64,000 bases of DNA from assembly GCA_963773065.1 (NCBI GenBank), contig CAVYZN010000016.1, forward strand, positions 80,904 to 144,903. Reading direction: 5' to 3'. The translations under genes were made by a program, and so were the position numbers. The notes under the pieces are model-generated. The model was not told the DNA's origin, searched no databases, and saw only the letters and a program-made list of their open reading frames with translations. Origin of the DNA: an uncultured Gammaproteobacteria bacterium. Lineage in GTDB: Bacteria; Pseudomonadota; Gammaproteobacteria; UBA9214. Shown here in pieces: positions 52,521 through 61,770 of the stretch; position 1 is the stretch's first letter, and each line of letters opens with the position of its first letter.

Positions 52521-52654
52521 AATGTCTCGTTGTGGCCGTTCTTTGCCCTCCAAGGGTGTATGATAAACCGGCTGGTGCCAGAACTTGGTTTATCCCCAGC
52601 CGGCCACTGGCGTTACCCGGCGCATTTCCGGCTGCACCATACCCGCCGCGCCGT

Positions 52655-53656
52655 TCAGGTCGCGATCAAGAGACTCTCCGCGAAGGGCCACTCCTGATCG
52701 AGCCACTGCGCCTCGCAGGAAAAACCCGCGGCCGCGGCGAGCCGCGGCACTTCCTCGGGCGCGTACTTGTGGCAGCTCTCCGTCCAGATCGTCTCGTCCT
52801 CGCGCAGCGTGAATGCGAGCCCTGCCGCGCGGAGGGTGACGGTCTGCGTGCAGGTCGAGCGCAGGTGCATCTCGATGCTGCGCGCGTCGGGGTTGTAGCG
52901 GGCGAGATGGCGGAACTGCGGCAGCATAAAGTCGGCGTCGAACTCGCGGTTGATGCGCGCGAGCAGGTTGAGGTTGAAGGCGGCCGTGATGCCGAGGGGA
53001 TCGTCATAGGCGGCGAGCAGTTGCGCGACCGGCTTTTCGAGGTCGGTGCCGAGCAGCAGCGAGTCCCCCGGACGCAGGATGCGCCGGACATCGCGCAGGA
53101 ACTGCACCGCGGCCGGGCGCTCGAAGTTGCCGATGGTGCTGCCGAGAAACAGCACCAGCAGGTGCTCCTCGTCACGGCGGCGCGCGGCCACCTGCGCGAG
53201 GCCCTCCAGGTATTCGCCCTCGTAGCCCACGATGCTGATCGCCTCGATATCGCCGAGCTCGCGCCGGCACATGGCGAGCGCGCTGCGCGAGATCTCGATG
53301 GGGCAATAACACGAGGGCCGGCGGCGGGCGAGCGCCTCGAGCAGCCAGCGGGTTTTCTTCCCGCTGCCGGTCCCCAGTTCCGCCACGATCACCGGCAGCG
53401 GCAGCCGTGAAACGATTTCCGGCGCGTGGCGCCGCAGCAGCCGCACGTCGGCGCGGGTCAAGCCGTATTCGGGCAACACGCTGATGACCTCGAACAGCGC
53501 CGAGCCGACCTCGTCATAGAGGCATTTCGATGGCAGCTCCTTTTGTCCGGGCCGGGTCAGCCCGGCGCAGACCTCGGCGGCGAAGCCGTTTAATGAATCG
53601 GCGGAAAGTGTCTGGCGCAGCATACGATGGCCTCCTGTTGAAACGGGTTTATTCAC
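52655..53656 (-). CDS. egtD: L-histidine N-alpha-methyltransferase
   Basis: K.LPSK.LYD..GS.LFE.I..LPEY, ELG.GSG.KT, FLGSTIGNF, AYDD..GITAAFNLN.L.RINRE, IEMHL. Confidence 0.92.
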   Translation of the reverse strand: MNKPVSTGGHRMLRQTLSADSLNGFAAEVCAGLTRPGQKELPSKCLYDEVGSALFEVISVLPEYGLTRADVRLLRRHAPEIVSRLPLPVIVAELGTGSGKKTRWLLEALARRRPSCYCPIEISRSALAMCRRELGDIEAISIVGYEGEYLEGLAQVAARRRDEEHLLVLFLGSTIGNFERPAAVQFLRDVRRILRPGDSLLLGTDLEKPVAQLLAAYDDPLGITAAFNLNLLARINREFDADFMLPQFRHLARYNPDARSIEMHLRSTCTQTVTLRAAGLAFTLREDETIWTESCHKYAPEEVPRLAAAAGFSCEAQWLDQEWPFAESLLIAT

Positions 53657-54984
53657 TTACGCAGCGGAACTTCGCGTAGACGTAGGGGTAGTGCGGCTGG
53701 AACCAGTTGCGGAACGAGCGGCGCAGCATACAGGTCGCCGTGCGGGCCGAGCCGCCCTTCAACACGTAATGCCGGCCGTCGAAGAAATCGGCCGAGTAGC
53801 CGGGATAGCATTCGAACGGGCGAAACCCCGGGAAGGGGGCGAACCGGCTCGCGGTCCACTCCCAGCCGTTGCCCAGCAGCCCGGCGACGCCGAAGGCGCT
53901 GCGGTTTGCGGGGAAGGCGCCGACCGGGACGGGATCCCAGTCGCGGAAGTCGAAATTCCCGAGACCATGGCGGGGCGGCGCGTCGCCCCATGGGTAGGCT
54001 CTTTCGCTGCCGTCCGGCGCGCCATACGCTGCGCGCTGCCATTGTGCCTCGGTGGGCAGGGCCTTGCCGGCCCAGCGGGCATAGGCGCTCGCCTCCGCGT
54101 GGCTGACGTAGACGGGCCATTGCAGCGGCAGCGGTACGAGCTCGAACATGCCGCGGTAATACCAGCGGTTATTGAGCCGGGTCCAGAACGCGGGGTGGCC
54201 GATGTGCTGTTCGGTGCGCCACCGCCAGTCGCTCTCCGACCACAAGGCGCGTTCCTCGTACCCGCCCGCCGCCATGAACTCGAGGTACTCGCCGTTGCTG
54301 ATCGGATAGCGGTCGATGGCAAAGGCGGGCACCTCGACCGGATGCCCGTCATACTCGTTGTCCCAGCCGAAGCCGCGACCGTCATCACGAGACAGCCCGA
54401 GGGTGACGGCGCCGGCGGGAATCTCGACCACGCTGGGCACGACCTCCGGGGCGATGACCCGCGGCGTACACGGGCGCCGGAGCTTTTGCTCCGGCGGCAA
54501 CCGATGGAGCAGATACGCCAGGGTTTCCGCGTGCATCAGGCGGTGCTCGATGGCGACGTTGAGCAGCAGCTCCGGCGGCTCCTCCGCGGGCGTGGCCGCG
54601 GATAGCGAGCGCGCGTGCCAGTGCCGCATCGAGCGCCGCGCGCACGCGCTGGCTGTAGCGGCGGATCGCCGCGGCGGAGGGCCAGTCCGCGGGCGTGTCG
54701 GTCGGGAGCCCGCCCCCCACGGGATCGATGCCGAAGGCGAACAGGCGGTCGAATTCCGGCGCGAAGGCCTTCAGCCCGGGAAGCCGCGCGCGGAACAGGT
54801 TCCCGTCGAAGGCCTCGAGGTGGCCGAGGTAGAAGACGAGGCGGTGCCGCTCGGCAACCGGCCGCTCGTAGAGCGCATCGGGCCTGACCAGAGCGAACAG
54901 CCGGTCGGTACGGATGCGGGCCACCGCCAGGCGTGTCAGCAATTCATGCCGGGTGACGGCGGCGTTTTTTTTCATGGCAAGCAT
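53649..54984 (-). CDS. egtB: Sulfoxide synthase of the EgtB/OvoA family (frameshifted near 54600-54625)
   Basis: RH.LVFYLGHL, EHRLMHAET iron ligands, FGWDNE, FGE-like LPTEAQW, GNGWEWT, YPGYSADFFDG.HYV.KGGS, RRSFRNWFQ. Confidence 0.88.
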
Positions 54985-55103
54985 GCGGATCCTCCCGGTT
55001 TATGAGCACTATGACCTATTCGAAACGAGGTTCCTACAAGTATGGACAATGATTATTGAGGCGCCATTGAAATATCCTCCGGCGCCGAGACAATGCCATC
55101 CGT

Positions 55104-56372
55104 TTATTGTCGCAGCGCCACGCCCACCGCCGTGGTTCGCCGCCGCAACACCACGAAGCCGAGCAGCAGCGCCAGGGCGGGGTAGAGCGTCGATAACCGG
55201 TAGAGCTGCTCCATCGCGACCGCCTCGCGCAGCAGGCCGATGACGTAGGAGCCGAGGCCGACGCCGACCATCAGCGCAGCGATCAGCATCGAGGACACCC
55301 ACGGCACGTGGCGGTCGAAGCGCTTCGAGGCGAGCCCGATGCTGAGCGGGAAGAAGGCCGAACAGGCCAGACCGGCGAGCGCGAAGCCGGCGATGCCGCG
55401 CGCCGGGGTGTCGGCATAGGGCAGCAGCAGGAACGCGACGATCATGAGGCCGGGCAGGCTCAACCAGATGTAGCGGGGCGCGAGCTTCAGCACCAGCACC
55501 GAGGTCAGCAGGCGCCCGCCCACCATGGCGGCCCAGAACACCGACAGCGCCGAAGCGGCGACCGTCTCGGGCAGGTGCTTGACGTCCTGCAGGTAGAGTA
55601 CGGCCCAGTTGCCGAAGGTGCCCTCGGCGAAGGCGTACAACACGGCAATCACCGTGAACAGCCAGAAGCCCGCCGTGCGCACCGGGTGATCGCGCAGCGC
55701 CGGCGGCGGCATGGCCGGCAGGGGCATGGGGTCGCACATGGCCAGGCGCCCGGATGCCGATTCCTTCCGCGCCGCCCCGTCATCGGGGAAGCGCTGCGCG
55801 AACGCGGCCGCGGCGAGCAGCGCACACAGGCTCGCGAGCAGCAGCGGGAAGCCGGCCCAGCGTCCGGTCATGATGAAGGGACTGGCCACCAGCGGCCCGA
55901 CCGCGAGCCCCAGGCCGAGCAGGGTGTGCAGCGCCACCAGCGCGGTGTCGCGCCGGAGCGGGAAAAACAACGGCGGCAGACCGTTGAGCGGCGCGCCGGA
56001 GGCGCCGAAGCCGAGGCCAAGGCAGGCCGTGCCGAGCAGCACCACGGCGAAGGCGGCCGTCGGCGGCAGCATCACCGTGCCCGCGAGCAGCAGTTGCGAC
56101 AGGCCGTTGATCAGCAGCGCCCCGCCCAGCAGGACCCTGAGGCCCAGGCGCGAGGCGAGCGCCCCGCCGCCGAGCGCACCAATGACCGCAAGCGCCACCT
56201 GCGGCAGGAAGATCGCGCCGTACTGCGCATCGCTGAAACCGTGCATCTGCTTCAGCATTGCGCTGCTCGCCGGGAAGCTCACCAGGGTCAACCCCTGCAG
56301 CATGCCGGCGAGATAGAGGCTGCCGATCGGCAGCCAGGGAGTGGCGCGTTGCGCTTCAGTTTGGGTGTCCAT
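55104..56372 (-). CDS. MFS transporter (FucP/TsgA-like sugar permease)
   Basis: About 12 TM segments; LY...EG..GNW...YL; FW..M..GR; ..FP. Confidence 0.82.
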   Translation of the reverse strand: MDTQTEAQRATPWLPIGSLYLAGMLQGLTLVSFPASSAMLKQMHGFSDAQYGAIFLPQVALAVIGALGGGALASRLGLRVLLGGALLINGLSQLLLAGTVMLPPTAAFAVVLLGTACLGLGFGASGAPLNGLPPLFFPLRRDTALVALHTLLGLGLAVGPLVASPFIMTGRWAGFPLLLASLCALLAAAAFAQRFPDDGAARKESASGRLAMCDPMPLPAMPPPALRDHPVRTAGFWLFTVIAVLYAFAEGTFGNWAVLYLQDVKHLPETVAASALSVFWAAMVGGRLLTSVLVLKLAPRYIWLSLPGLMIVAFLLLPYADTPARGIAGFALAGLACSAFFPLSIGLASKRFDRHVPWVSSMLIAALMVGVGLGSYVIGLLREAVAMEQLYRLSTLYPALALLLGFVVLRRRTTAVGVALRQ

Positions 56373-56462
56373 CGTCAATCCTCGTTTACTGCCGTGCCGT
56401 TTGCAGGCATCGGCAATTCATCGATTCGTTTCCAACCAATAGAAGGAAGCGCTTCCCTGTTC

Positions 56463-56530
56463 GTCATGCCCGCGAAAGCAGGCATCCAGTTTTTTAAGGA
56501 GTTCTGGATTCCCGCTTGCGCGGGAATGAC
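56463..56530. repeat. REP-like palindrome GTCATGCCCGCG...CGCGGGAATGAC
   Basis: Inverted repeat doublet in the intergenic region. Confidence 0.75.
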
Positions 56531-56555
56531 ATTGATCAAGGGTTCCAGGAATAAA

Positions 56556-56623
56556 TTCACCGCAAAGCCGTTTGATTGTTGTTGCCAAAAAATTCCTTCG
56601 CGTCCTCTGCGTCTTTGCGGTGA
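56556..56623. repeat. CACCGCAAAG...CTTTGCGGTG REP-like element
   Basis: Terminal IR; second copy at 61677-61760. Confidence 0.65.
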
Positions 56624-56656
56624 TAAAGGTTTCTGATTGGATCATTACCGTGATCC

Positions 56657-58849
56657 TCACTCGGCAACCTGCCCGGGCGCCGGCTCGGGGGTCGAGGGCC
56701 GCGTGATCAGCCGCGTGCTGCTGCGGAAGGTGAAATAGGCCCAGGCCCAGTCGAGCATCACCGAGATGCGGTTGCGCATGCCGGCGAGAAAATAGACGTG
56801 CACCAGCCCCCACAGCCACCAGGCGAGCGCGCCGGAGAGGCGCACGACGCCGAAGTCCGCGACCGCCGCCTTGCGCCCGATGGTGGCGAGGCTGCCGAGG
56901 TGCTGGTAGCGGAACGGCCGCGGCGCCGCGCGCCCGGCGAGGTGGGCGCGGATCATCCGCGCGGCATAGTGGCCGCCCTGTTTGGCGGCCGGGCCAAGCC
57001 CCGGCACCGGCTGGCCGTTCCAGGCGGTCGAGAGCGCGGTATCGCCGATGGCGAACACCTCGGGGTGGCCGGGCACGCTGAGATCGGGCGCGACCTTGAC
57101 GCGGCCGCTGCCGTCGCGCTCGGCCGCGAGCCAGTGCGCGGCGGGGGAGGCGACCACGCCGGCCGCCCAGAACACGTTGCGCGCGACGATGCGTTTGCCG
57201 GCGACCCGCACGCCGTCGGCATCGATCGCCTCGACGCGGCTGTCGGTGAGGATTTCCACGCCGAGTTTGCCGAGCGCGCCGACAGCGCGCGCCGACAGCG
57301 CCTCGGGGAAGGCTGGCAGGATGCGCGGCCCGGACTGCACCAGGATCACCCGCGCCCGCGCCGGATCCACGTGGCGGAATTCCTTCTCCATGCCGTAGCG
57401 CGCCAGCTCGGCGATCGCCCCGGCAAGCTCCACGCCGGTGGGGCCGGCGCCCACGATCAGGAAGGTGAGCAGCGCGGCGCGTTCGGCCTCGTCCTGCGCC
57501 GCCTCGGCCTGTTCGAAGGCGAGCAGCAGGCGGCTGCGCATGTCATTGGCGTCCTCGACGCGTTTGAGCCCCGGCGCGAAGGCGGCCCACTCATCCCGGC
57601 CGAAATAGCTGTGCGTGGCGCCGGTGGCGAGCACCAGATAATCGTAGGCAATGCGCCGCGCGCCGAGGCGCACCTCGCGGTGTTCCGTATCGACGCCCGT
57701 CACCTCCCCGAGCAGCACCCTGGCGTTGGCCTGATCGCGCAGCAGCGAGCGGATCGGCATGGCGATGTCGCCGGCGGCGAGCGCGGTGGTGGCGACCTGG
57801 TAGAGCAGCGGCTGGAACAGGTGGTAGTTGTGGCGGTCGATTAGCGTCACGCCGACCGGGGCGTGGCGCAGCGCATGGGCGCAGGCCAGCCCGCCGAAGC
57901 CCGCGCCGGCGATGACCACCTGCGGCAAATCCTCGAAGCGCCCGGGCAGTCTGCCCTCAAGCTCCGGGTAGCGGCGCCGCAGCCGGTAGTGCAGGGCATG
58001 ATCGAGGGAGTACGTGCCGGCGCCGGCCAGTCCCAGCGACGCGAGCAGCAGGACGAAGAGATGCGTGGTGTCGAGGTCCGCCGGCCCCGCCATTGCCAGG
58101 CCGAGGTAGAGCCCGATCACGGCGAGCACCGCGGGGCGGGGCGCGAGACCCGCGAACAGCAGGGCGGCGACGATCAGTCCGATTCCGCCGGCGAGCGGGG
58201 CGAGGGTCGTCACCGGCAGCCACGGCAAGGCCGTGCCGCCGATGAATCCGCCCGCCACCAGGATGCCGGCCGCCAACCATAGCCGCAGCACCAGCAGATA
58301 AACCGGCGCAACAAAGCGCGTGACCCAGTCCGCCGCGCGCACGGCCGGTCCCGCCAGCGGCAGCGCGCTGTCGGCAAGCCCCGGGGCGAGCAGGCGATCG
58401 AGCGAGAGCGCTCCCGCCCCGCGCACGACATAACCGAGGAGCAGGGCGGCCCACAACAGATGCGTGTCCAGCGCCAGAAAGTTGAACTGGATCACCAGTG
58501 AGAGCAGCGCGAGCGGCACGGCCGCGACCCGGGTAGCGAGCCCCAGGGCGAGCAGCACCGGCGCGACCAGCTCGGTGGCGGCGCCGAGGTACGCGGCGGT
58601 GATCGGGTCCATCCAGGCGACCGGGTACTCGTAGCGCGAGAGCGCCAGGGCGTTGTCCCAGTTGGCCGCCTTGAGCAGGCCCGAGACGAAGAAGCCCTGA
58701 GCGAGCCACAGGCGGATGTACAGATCGAGCAGCGGGCCGACGGTGCGGGTCAGCGCCGTCACCGTCCCGGCATAAGCCGTGAACGCGCCGCGCAGCCCGC
58801 CCGCCGCCCAGCGTTGCTGCGGTTTCTTCATGGCGATTGCCGTGTCCAT
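56657..58849 (-). CDS. Fusion of two DoxX-like membrane domains with an NDH-2-type FAD/NAD(P)H oxidoreductase
   Basis: RLWLAQ.FF.SG..K...W, E...P.LL.LGL.TR, GAG.LSLD and a second GAG.YSLD; then GAGFGG, NYHLFQPLLYQVAT, GAGPTGVELAG, AIGD, A.Q.G. Confidence 0.88.
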   Translation of the reverse strand: MDTAIAMKKPQQRWAAGGLRGAFTAYAGTVTALTRTVGPLLDLYIRLWLAQGFFVSGLLKAANWDNALALSRYEYPVAWMDPITAAYLGAATELVAPVLLALGLATRVAAVPLALLSLVIQFNFLALDTHLLWAALLLGYVVRGAGALSLDRLLAPGLADSALPLAGPAVRAADWVTRFVAPVYLLVLRLWLAAGILVAGGFIGGTALPWLPVTTLAPLAGGIGLIVAALLFAGLAPRPAVLAVIGLYLGLAMAGPADLDTTHLFVLLLASLGLAGAGTYSLDHALHYRLRRRYPELEGRLPGRFEDLPQVVIAGAGFGGLACAHALRHAPVGVTLIDRHNYHLFQPLLYQVATTALAAGDIAMPIRSLLRDQANARVLLGEVTGVDTEHREVRLGARRIAYDYLVLATGATHSYFGRDEWAAFAPGLKRVEDANDMRSRLLLAFEQAEAAQDEAERAALLTFLIVGAGPTGVELAGAIAELARYGMEKEFRHVDPARARVILVQSGPRILPAFPEALSARAVGALGKLGVEILTDSRVEAIDADGVRVAGKRIVARNVFWAAGVVASPAAHWLAAERDGSGRVKVAPDLSVPGHPEVFAIGDTALSTAWNGQPVPGLGPAAKQGGHYAARMIRAHLAGRAAPRPFRYQHLGSLATIGRKAAVADFGVVRLSGALAWWLWGLVHVYFLAGMRNRISVMLDWAWAYFTFRSSTRLITRPSTPEPAPGQVAE

Positions 58850-58872
58850 CGTGCTTGCCTCCACCCGCCGGT

Positions 58873-61602
58873 TTATGCCACCTGACCGGCGGCAGGCGCC
58901 GCCGCGGCCGGCGCCGCCTGCGATCGCTCGCGCCAGAAGCGCGGGATGTCGCGGCGGTAGCGACGCGCGACCAGGTTGGCGATGAGCCCCGTCCAGCCGG
59001 TCTGGTGCGACGCCCCCAGCCCCTGGCCGGTGTCGCCGTGGAAGTATTCGTAGAAGAGATGCAGGTCGCGCCAGTAGGGATCGTGCTGGAACGGACTGTC
59101 CGGCGGGTGGGCACGCACCCGCCCGGTCTCATCGCGCCGGTAGATGTCCACCAGACGCTCGGCGATGAGGTTCGCGATCTCCTTGAGGTTCAGCCTGCGA
59201 CCGCCCAGGCAGGGCACGGGCACGGTGAACTCGTCGCCGAGGAAGCGGTAATACTTCTCCAGCGCCTGCACCAGCAGGAAATTGGTCGGCATCCAGATCG
59301 GGCCGCGCCAGTTGGAATTGCCGCCGAACAGCCCCGAGTTCGACTCCCCCGGAACGTACTCGATCATCGCCTCACCCACGCCTGGCAGGTGGCCGAGTTC
59401 GCGGTGTGTGGCGTGCAGCTTGCTCACGCTGCGCACGCCGTAGGACGAGAGGAACTCGTCCTCGTTCAGCAGCCGCTGCAGGACGCGCGGCAGCATGGTG
59501 TGATCGGTGAGCGACAGCAGGTGTTCGCCGCGGGCGTTCCCCCACTCCGGGCAGGCGCAGATGTAGTTGCCCTGGAACAGCCCGCCCTTGTGCTGGGCGA
59601 GCAGCGCGGCGAAGCGCGGCGCCTTGGAGAGCAGCCGCTGGTCCACCACTTCGCAGGCAAACAGCGGGATCAGCCCCACCCAGGAATAGACGTCGATGCG
59701 GTGATGGCTGCCGTCGGGGGTGACGACCAGGTCCTTGAAGAAACCCGCCTCTGGGTCCCACAGCGAGATGCCGCCGTCGTTATGGCCGGCAACCGTGTTG
59801 GCGATAGAGAGGAACTGATCGAAGATCTGGATGGCGATGTCCTCATATTCCGGGTCGTAGTGTGTCAGCTCCAGTGCGATCAGCGTCATGTTGAGGGCGA
59901 ACATCGCCATCCAGCCGGTGGCGTCCGCCTGCTTGAGGCTGTAGCCCGGGGGCAGCGGGTGCGAGCGGTCGAACACGGAGATGTTGTCCAGTCCGAGGAA
60001 GCCACCCTCGAACACGTTGTGGCCGTCGGCGTCCTTGCGGTTGATCCACCAGGCGTAGTTGAGCAGCAGCTTGTTGAACACACGCAGCAGGAAATCGCGG
60101 TCGCCCCGGCCGCGTTGCACGCGCTCGCTGCGGTAGCACTTGAGCGCGCCCATGGCGTGCACCGGCGGGTTGACGTCGCCGAAGGCCCATTCGTAGGCCG
60201 GGATCTGGCCGTTGGGATGCAGGTAGGTATCCTTCAGCATCAGCTCGATCTGCTCCTTGGCGAAATCCACGTCGACCAGCGCCAGCGCCGCGCAATGAAA
60301 CGCCAGATCCCAGGCCGCGAACCACGGGTACTCCCACTTGTCCGGCATGGAGATCACGTCGCCGGCGCGAAAGTGCTTCCAGTAGCGGTTGCGCCCGAAA
60401 CGGCGCGGGGACGGGGCGGGGTAGCGGTCGCCCGCGAGCCAGCGCGACACCTCGTAGTGGAAGAACTGCTTGCTCCAGATCATGCCCGCGAGCGCCTGGC
60501 GCATGATGCGGTGATCCTCGGGGCTCGCATCGGGCAGGAATTCATCGTAGAACACATCCGCCTCCGAGCGGCGCTGCGAGAAGGTCACCTGGCTGCGTGC
60601 GAAGGGTTCCTCGAGCGGCTGGGCGGAGAGCACCAGGTTGACCACCGTCTTCTGCCCGGGCGCGACGTTGCAGCGGAGCCAGGCCGCGAACTTCGTGCCC
60701 TGCGAGGCCGGGTTGACGGCCTCGTGTTGCCCATCGATGAGGAAGCGGTGGAAGGCATCCTTGACCCAGGGAGTGGCGTTTGGGCAGCCCCACAGGCGCT
60801 CGGCATTGCTTTCGTTTTCGGTGTAGAGACCGGTGCCCGGCTGGCGCCCGTAGAGGTAATAGCTGCCGAGCGTCGGGTGGCTCGCCTGCACCGCCCAGGC
60901 GGCGCCCTGCGGCGGCTCAATCGCCTTCAGTAGCGGCTTCTCGCCCACGGCCTCTCCCCAGGACCAGGTGTTGCGGAACCAGAGCGTGGGCAGCAGGTGC
61001 AGCGTCGCCTCCTCGGGTCCGCTGTTGTAGGCGAGGATGTTGGCGTGGATCTCCTCCGGCGAACGCTTGGCGTAGTGCACCTCGATGTCCCAGTAGCGGT
61101 TCTCGTGAAACACCCCGGTGTCGAGCAGGCTGTAGGGCGGGTCGAGCCGGCCGCGCCGCCGGTTCTCCTCGACCAGCCGGGCGTAGGGGTATTCCGCCTG
61201 CGGATACTTGTACAAATAGCGCAGGTAGCTGTGGCTCGGGGTGGCGTCGAGGTAGAAGTAATACTCCTTGACGTCCTCGCCGTGGTTGCCCTGGTTGCCG
61301 GTCAGGCCGAAGGCGCGCTCCTTCAATATCGGATCGCGGCCGTTCCACAGCGCGAGCGCGAGACACAGCCGCTGCTGGTCGTCGCAGACGCCGCCCAGGC
61401 CGTCCTCGTTCCAGCGGTAGGCGCGCGCACGCGCCTGGTCGTGGTCGAAATATTCCCAGGCGGTGCCGTGGTCGCTGTAGTCCTCGCGCACCGTGCCCCA
61501 GGCGCGCTCCGCCAAATAGGGCCCCCACAGGCGCCAGTTCTCGCGGCCCTGGTGCTGCTGCTCCAGGCGCTGCCGCTCCGCGTTCAGTTCAGGTGTTGCC
61601 AT
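58873..61602 (-). CDS. GH63-like (MGH1) glucosidase
   Basis: [77 protein letters not shown]. Confidence 0.9.
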   Translation of the reverse strand: MATPELNAERQRLEQQHQGRENWRLWGPYLAERAWGTVREDYSDHGTAWEYFDHDQARARAYRWNEDGLGGVCDDQQRLCLALALWNGRDPILKERAFGLTGNQGNHGEDVKEYYFYLDATPSHSYLRYLYKYPQAEYPYARLVEENRRRGRLDPPYSLLDTGVFHENRYWDIEVHYAKRSPEEIHANILAYNSGPEEATLHLLPTLWFRNTWSWGEAVGEKPLLKAIEPPQGAAWAVQASHPTLGSYYLYGRQPGTGLYTENESNAERLWGCPNATPWVKDAFHRFLIDGQHEAVNPASQGTKFAAWLRCNVAPGQKTVVNLVLSAQPLEEPFARSQVTFSQRRSEADVFYDEFLPDASPEDHRIMRQALAGMIWSKQFFHYEVSRWLAGDRYPAPSPRRFGRNRYWKHFRAGDVISMPDKWEYPWFAAWDLAFHCAALALVDVDFAKEQIELMLKDTYLHPNGQIPAYEWAFGDVNPPVHAMGALKCYRSERVQRGRGDRDFLLRVFNKLLLNYAWWINRKDADGHNVFEGGFLGLDNISVFDRSHPLPPGYSLKQADATGWMAMFALNMTLIALELTHYDPEYEDIAIQIFDQFLSIANTVAGHNDGGISLWDPEAGFFKDLVVTPDGSHHRIDVYSWVGLIPLFACEVVDQRLLSKAPRFAALLAQHKGGLFQGNYICACPEWGNARGEHLLSLTDHTMLPRVLQRLLNEDEFLSSYGVRSVSKLHATHRELGHLPGVGEAMIEYVPGESNSGLFGGNSNWRGPIWMPTNFLLVQALEKYYRFLGDEFTVPVPCLGGRRLNLKEIANLIAERLVDIYRRDETGRVRAHPPDSPFQHDPYWRDLHLFYEYFHGDTGQGLGASHQTGWTGLIANLVARRYRRDIPRFWRERSQAAPAAAAPAAGQVA

Positions 61603-61676
61603 GTCGTATGCCTCCCGAAGTCTGTCTGCCGTCATCGCTGTTGAAAGTAGTTAGTGTTCATCCATAAACACCGTTT

Positions 61677-61760
61677 TCACCGCAAAGTCGCAAAGTTCGC
61701 GAAGAAACTTATTAACAAAAACAATTAAACGGCTTTGCGTCCTTTGCGTCTTTGCGGTGA
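61677..61760. repeat. CACCGCAAAG...CTTTGCGGTG REP-like element
   Basis: TCACCGCAAAG-TCGCAAAG / CTTTGCG-TCTTTGCGGTGA. Confidence 0.7.
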
Positions 61761-61770
61761 GTTTATTTCT

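Noticed and set aside
58837-60933. 698 aa plus-strand ORF
   Set aside because: Antisense shadow of the GH63 gene
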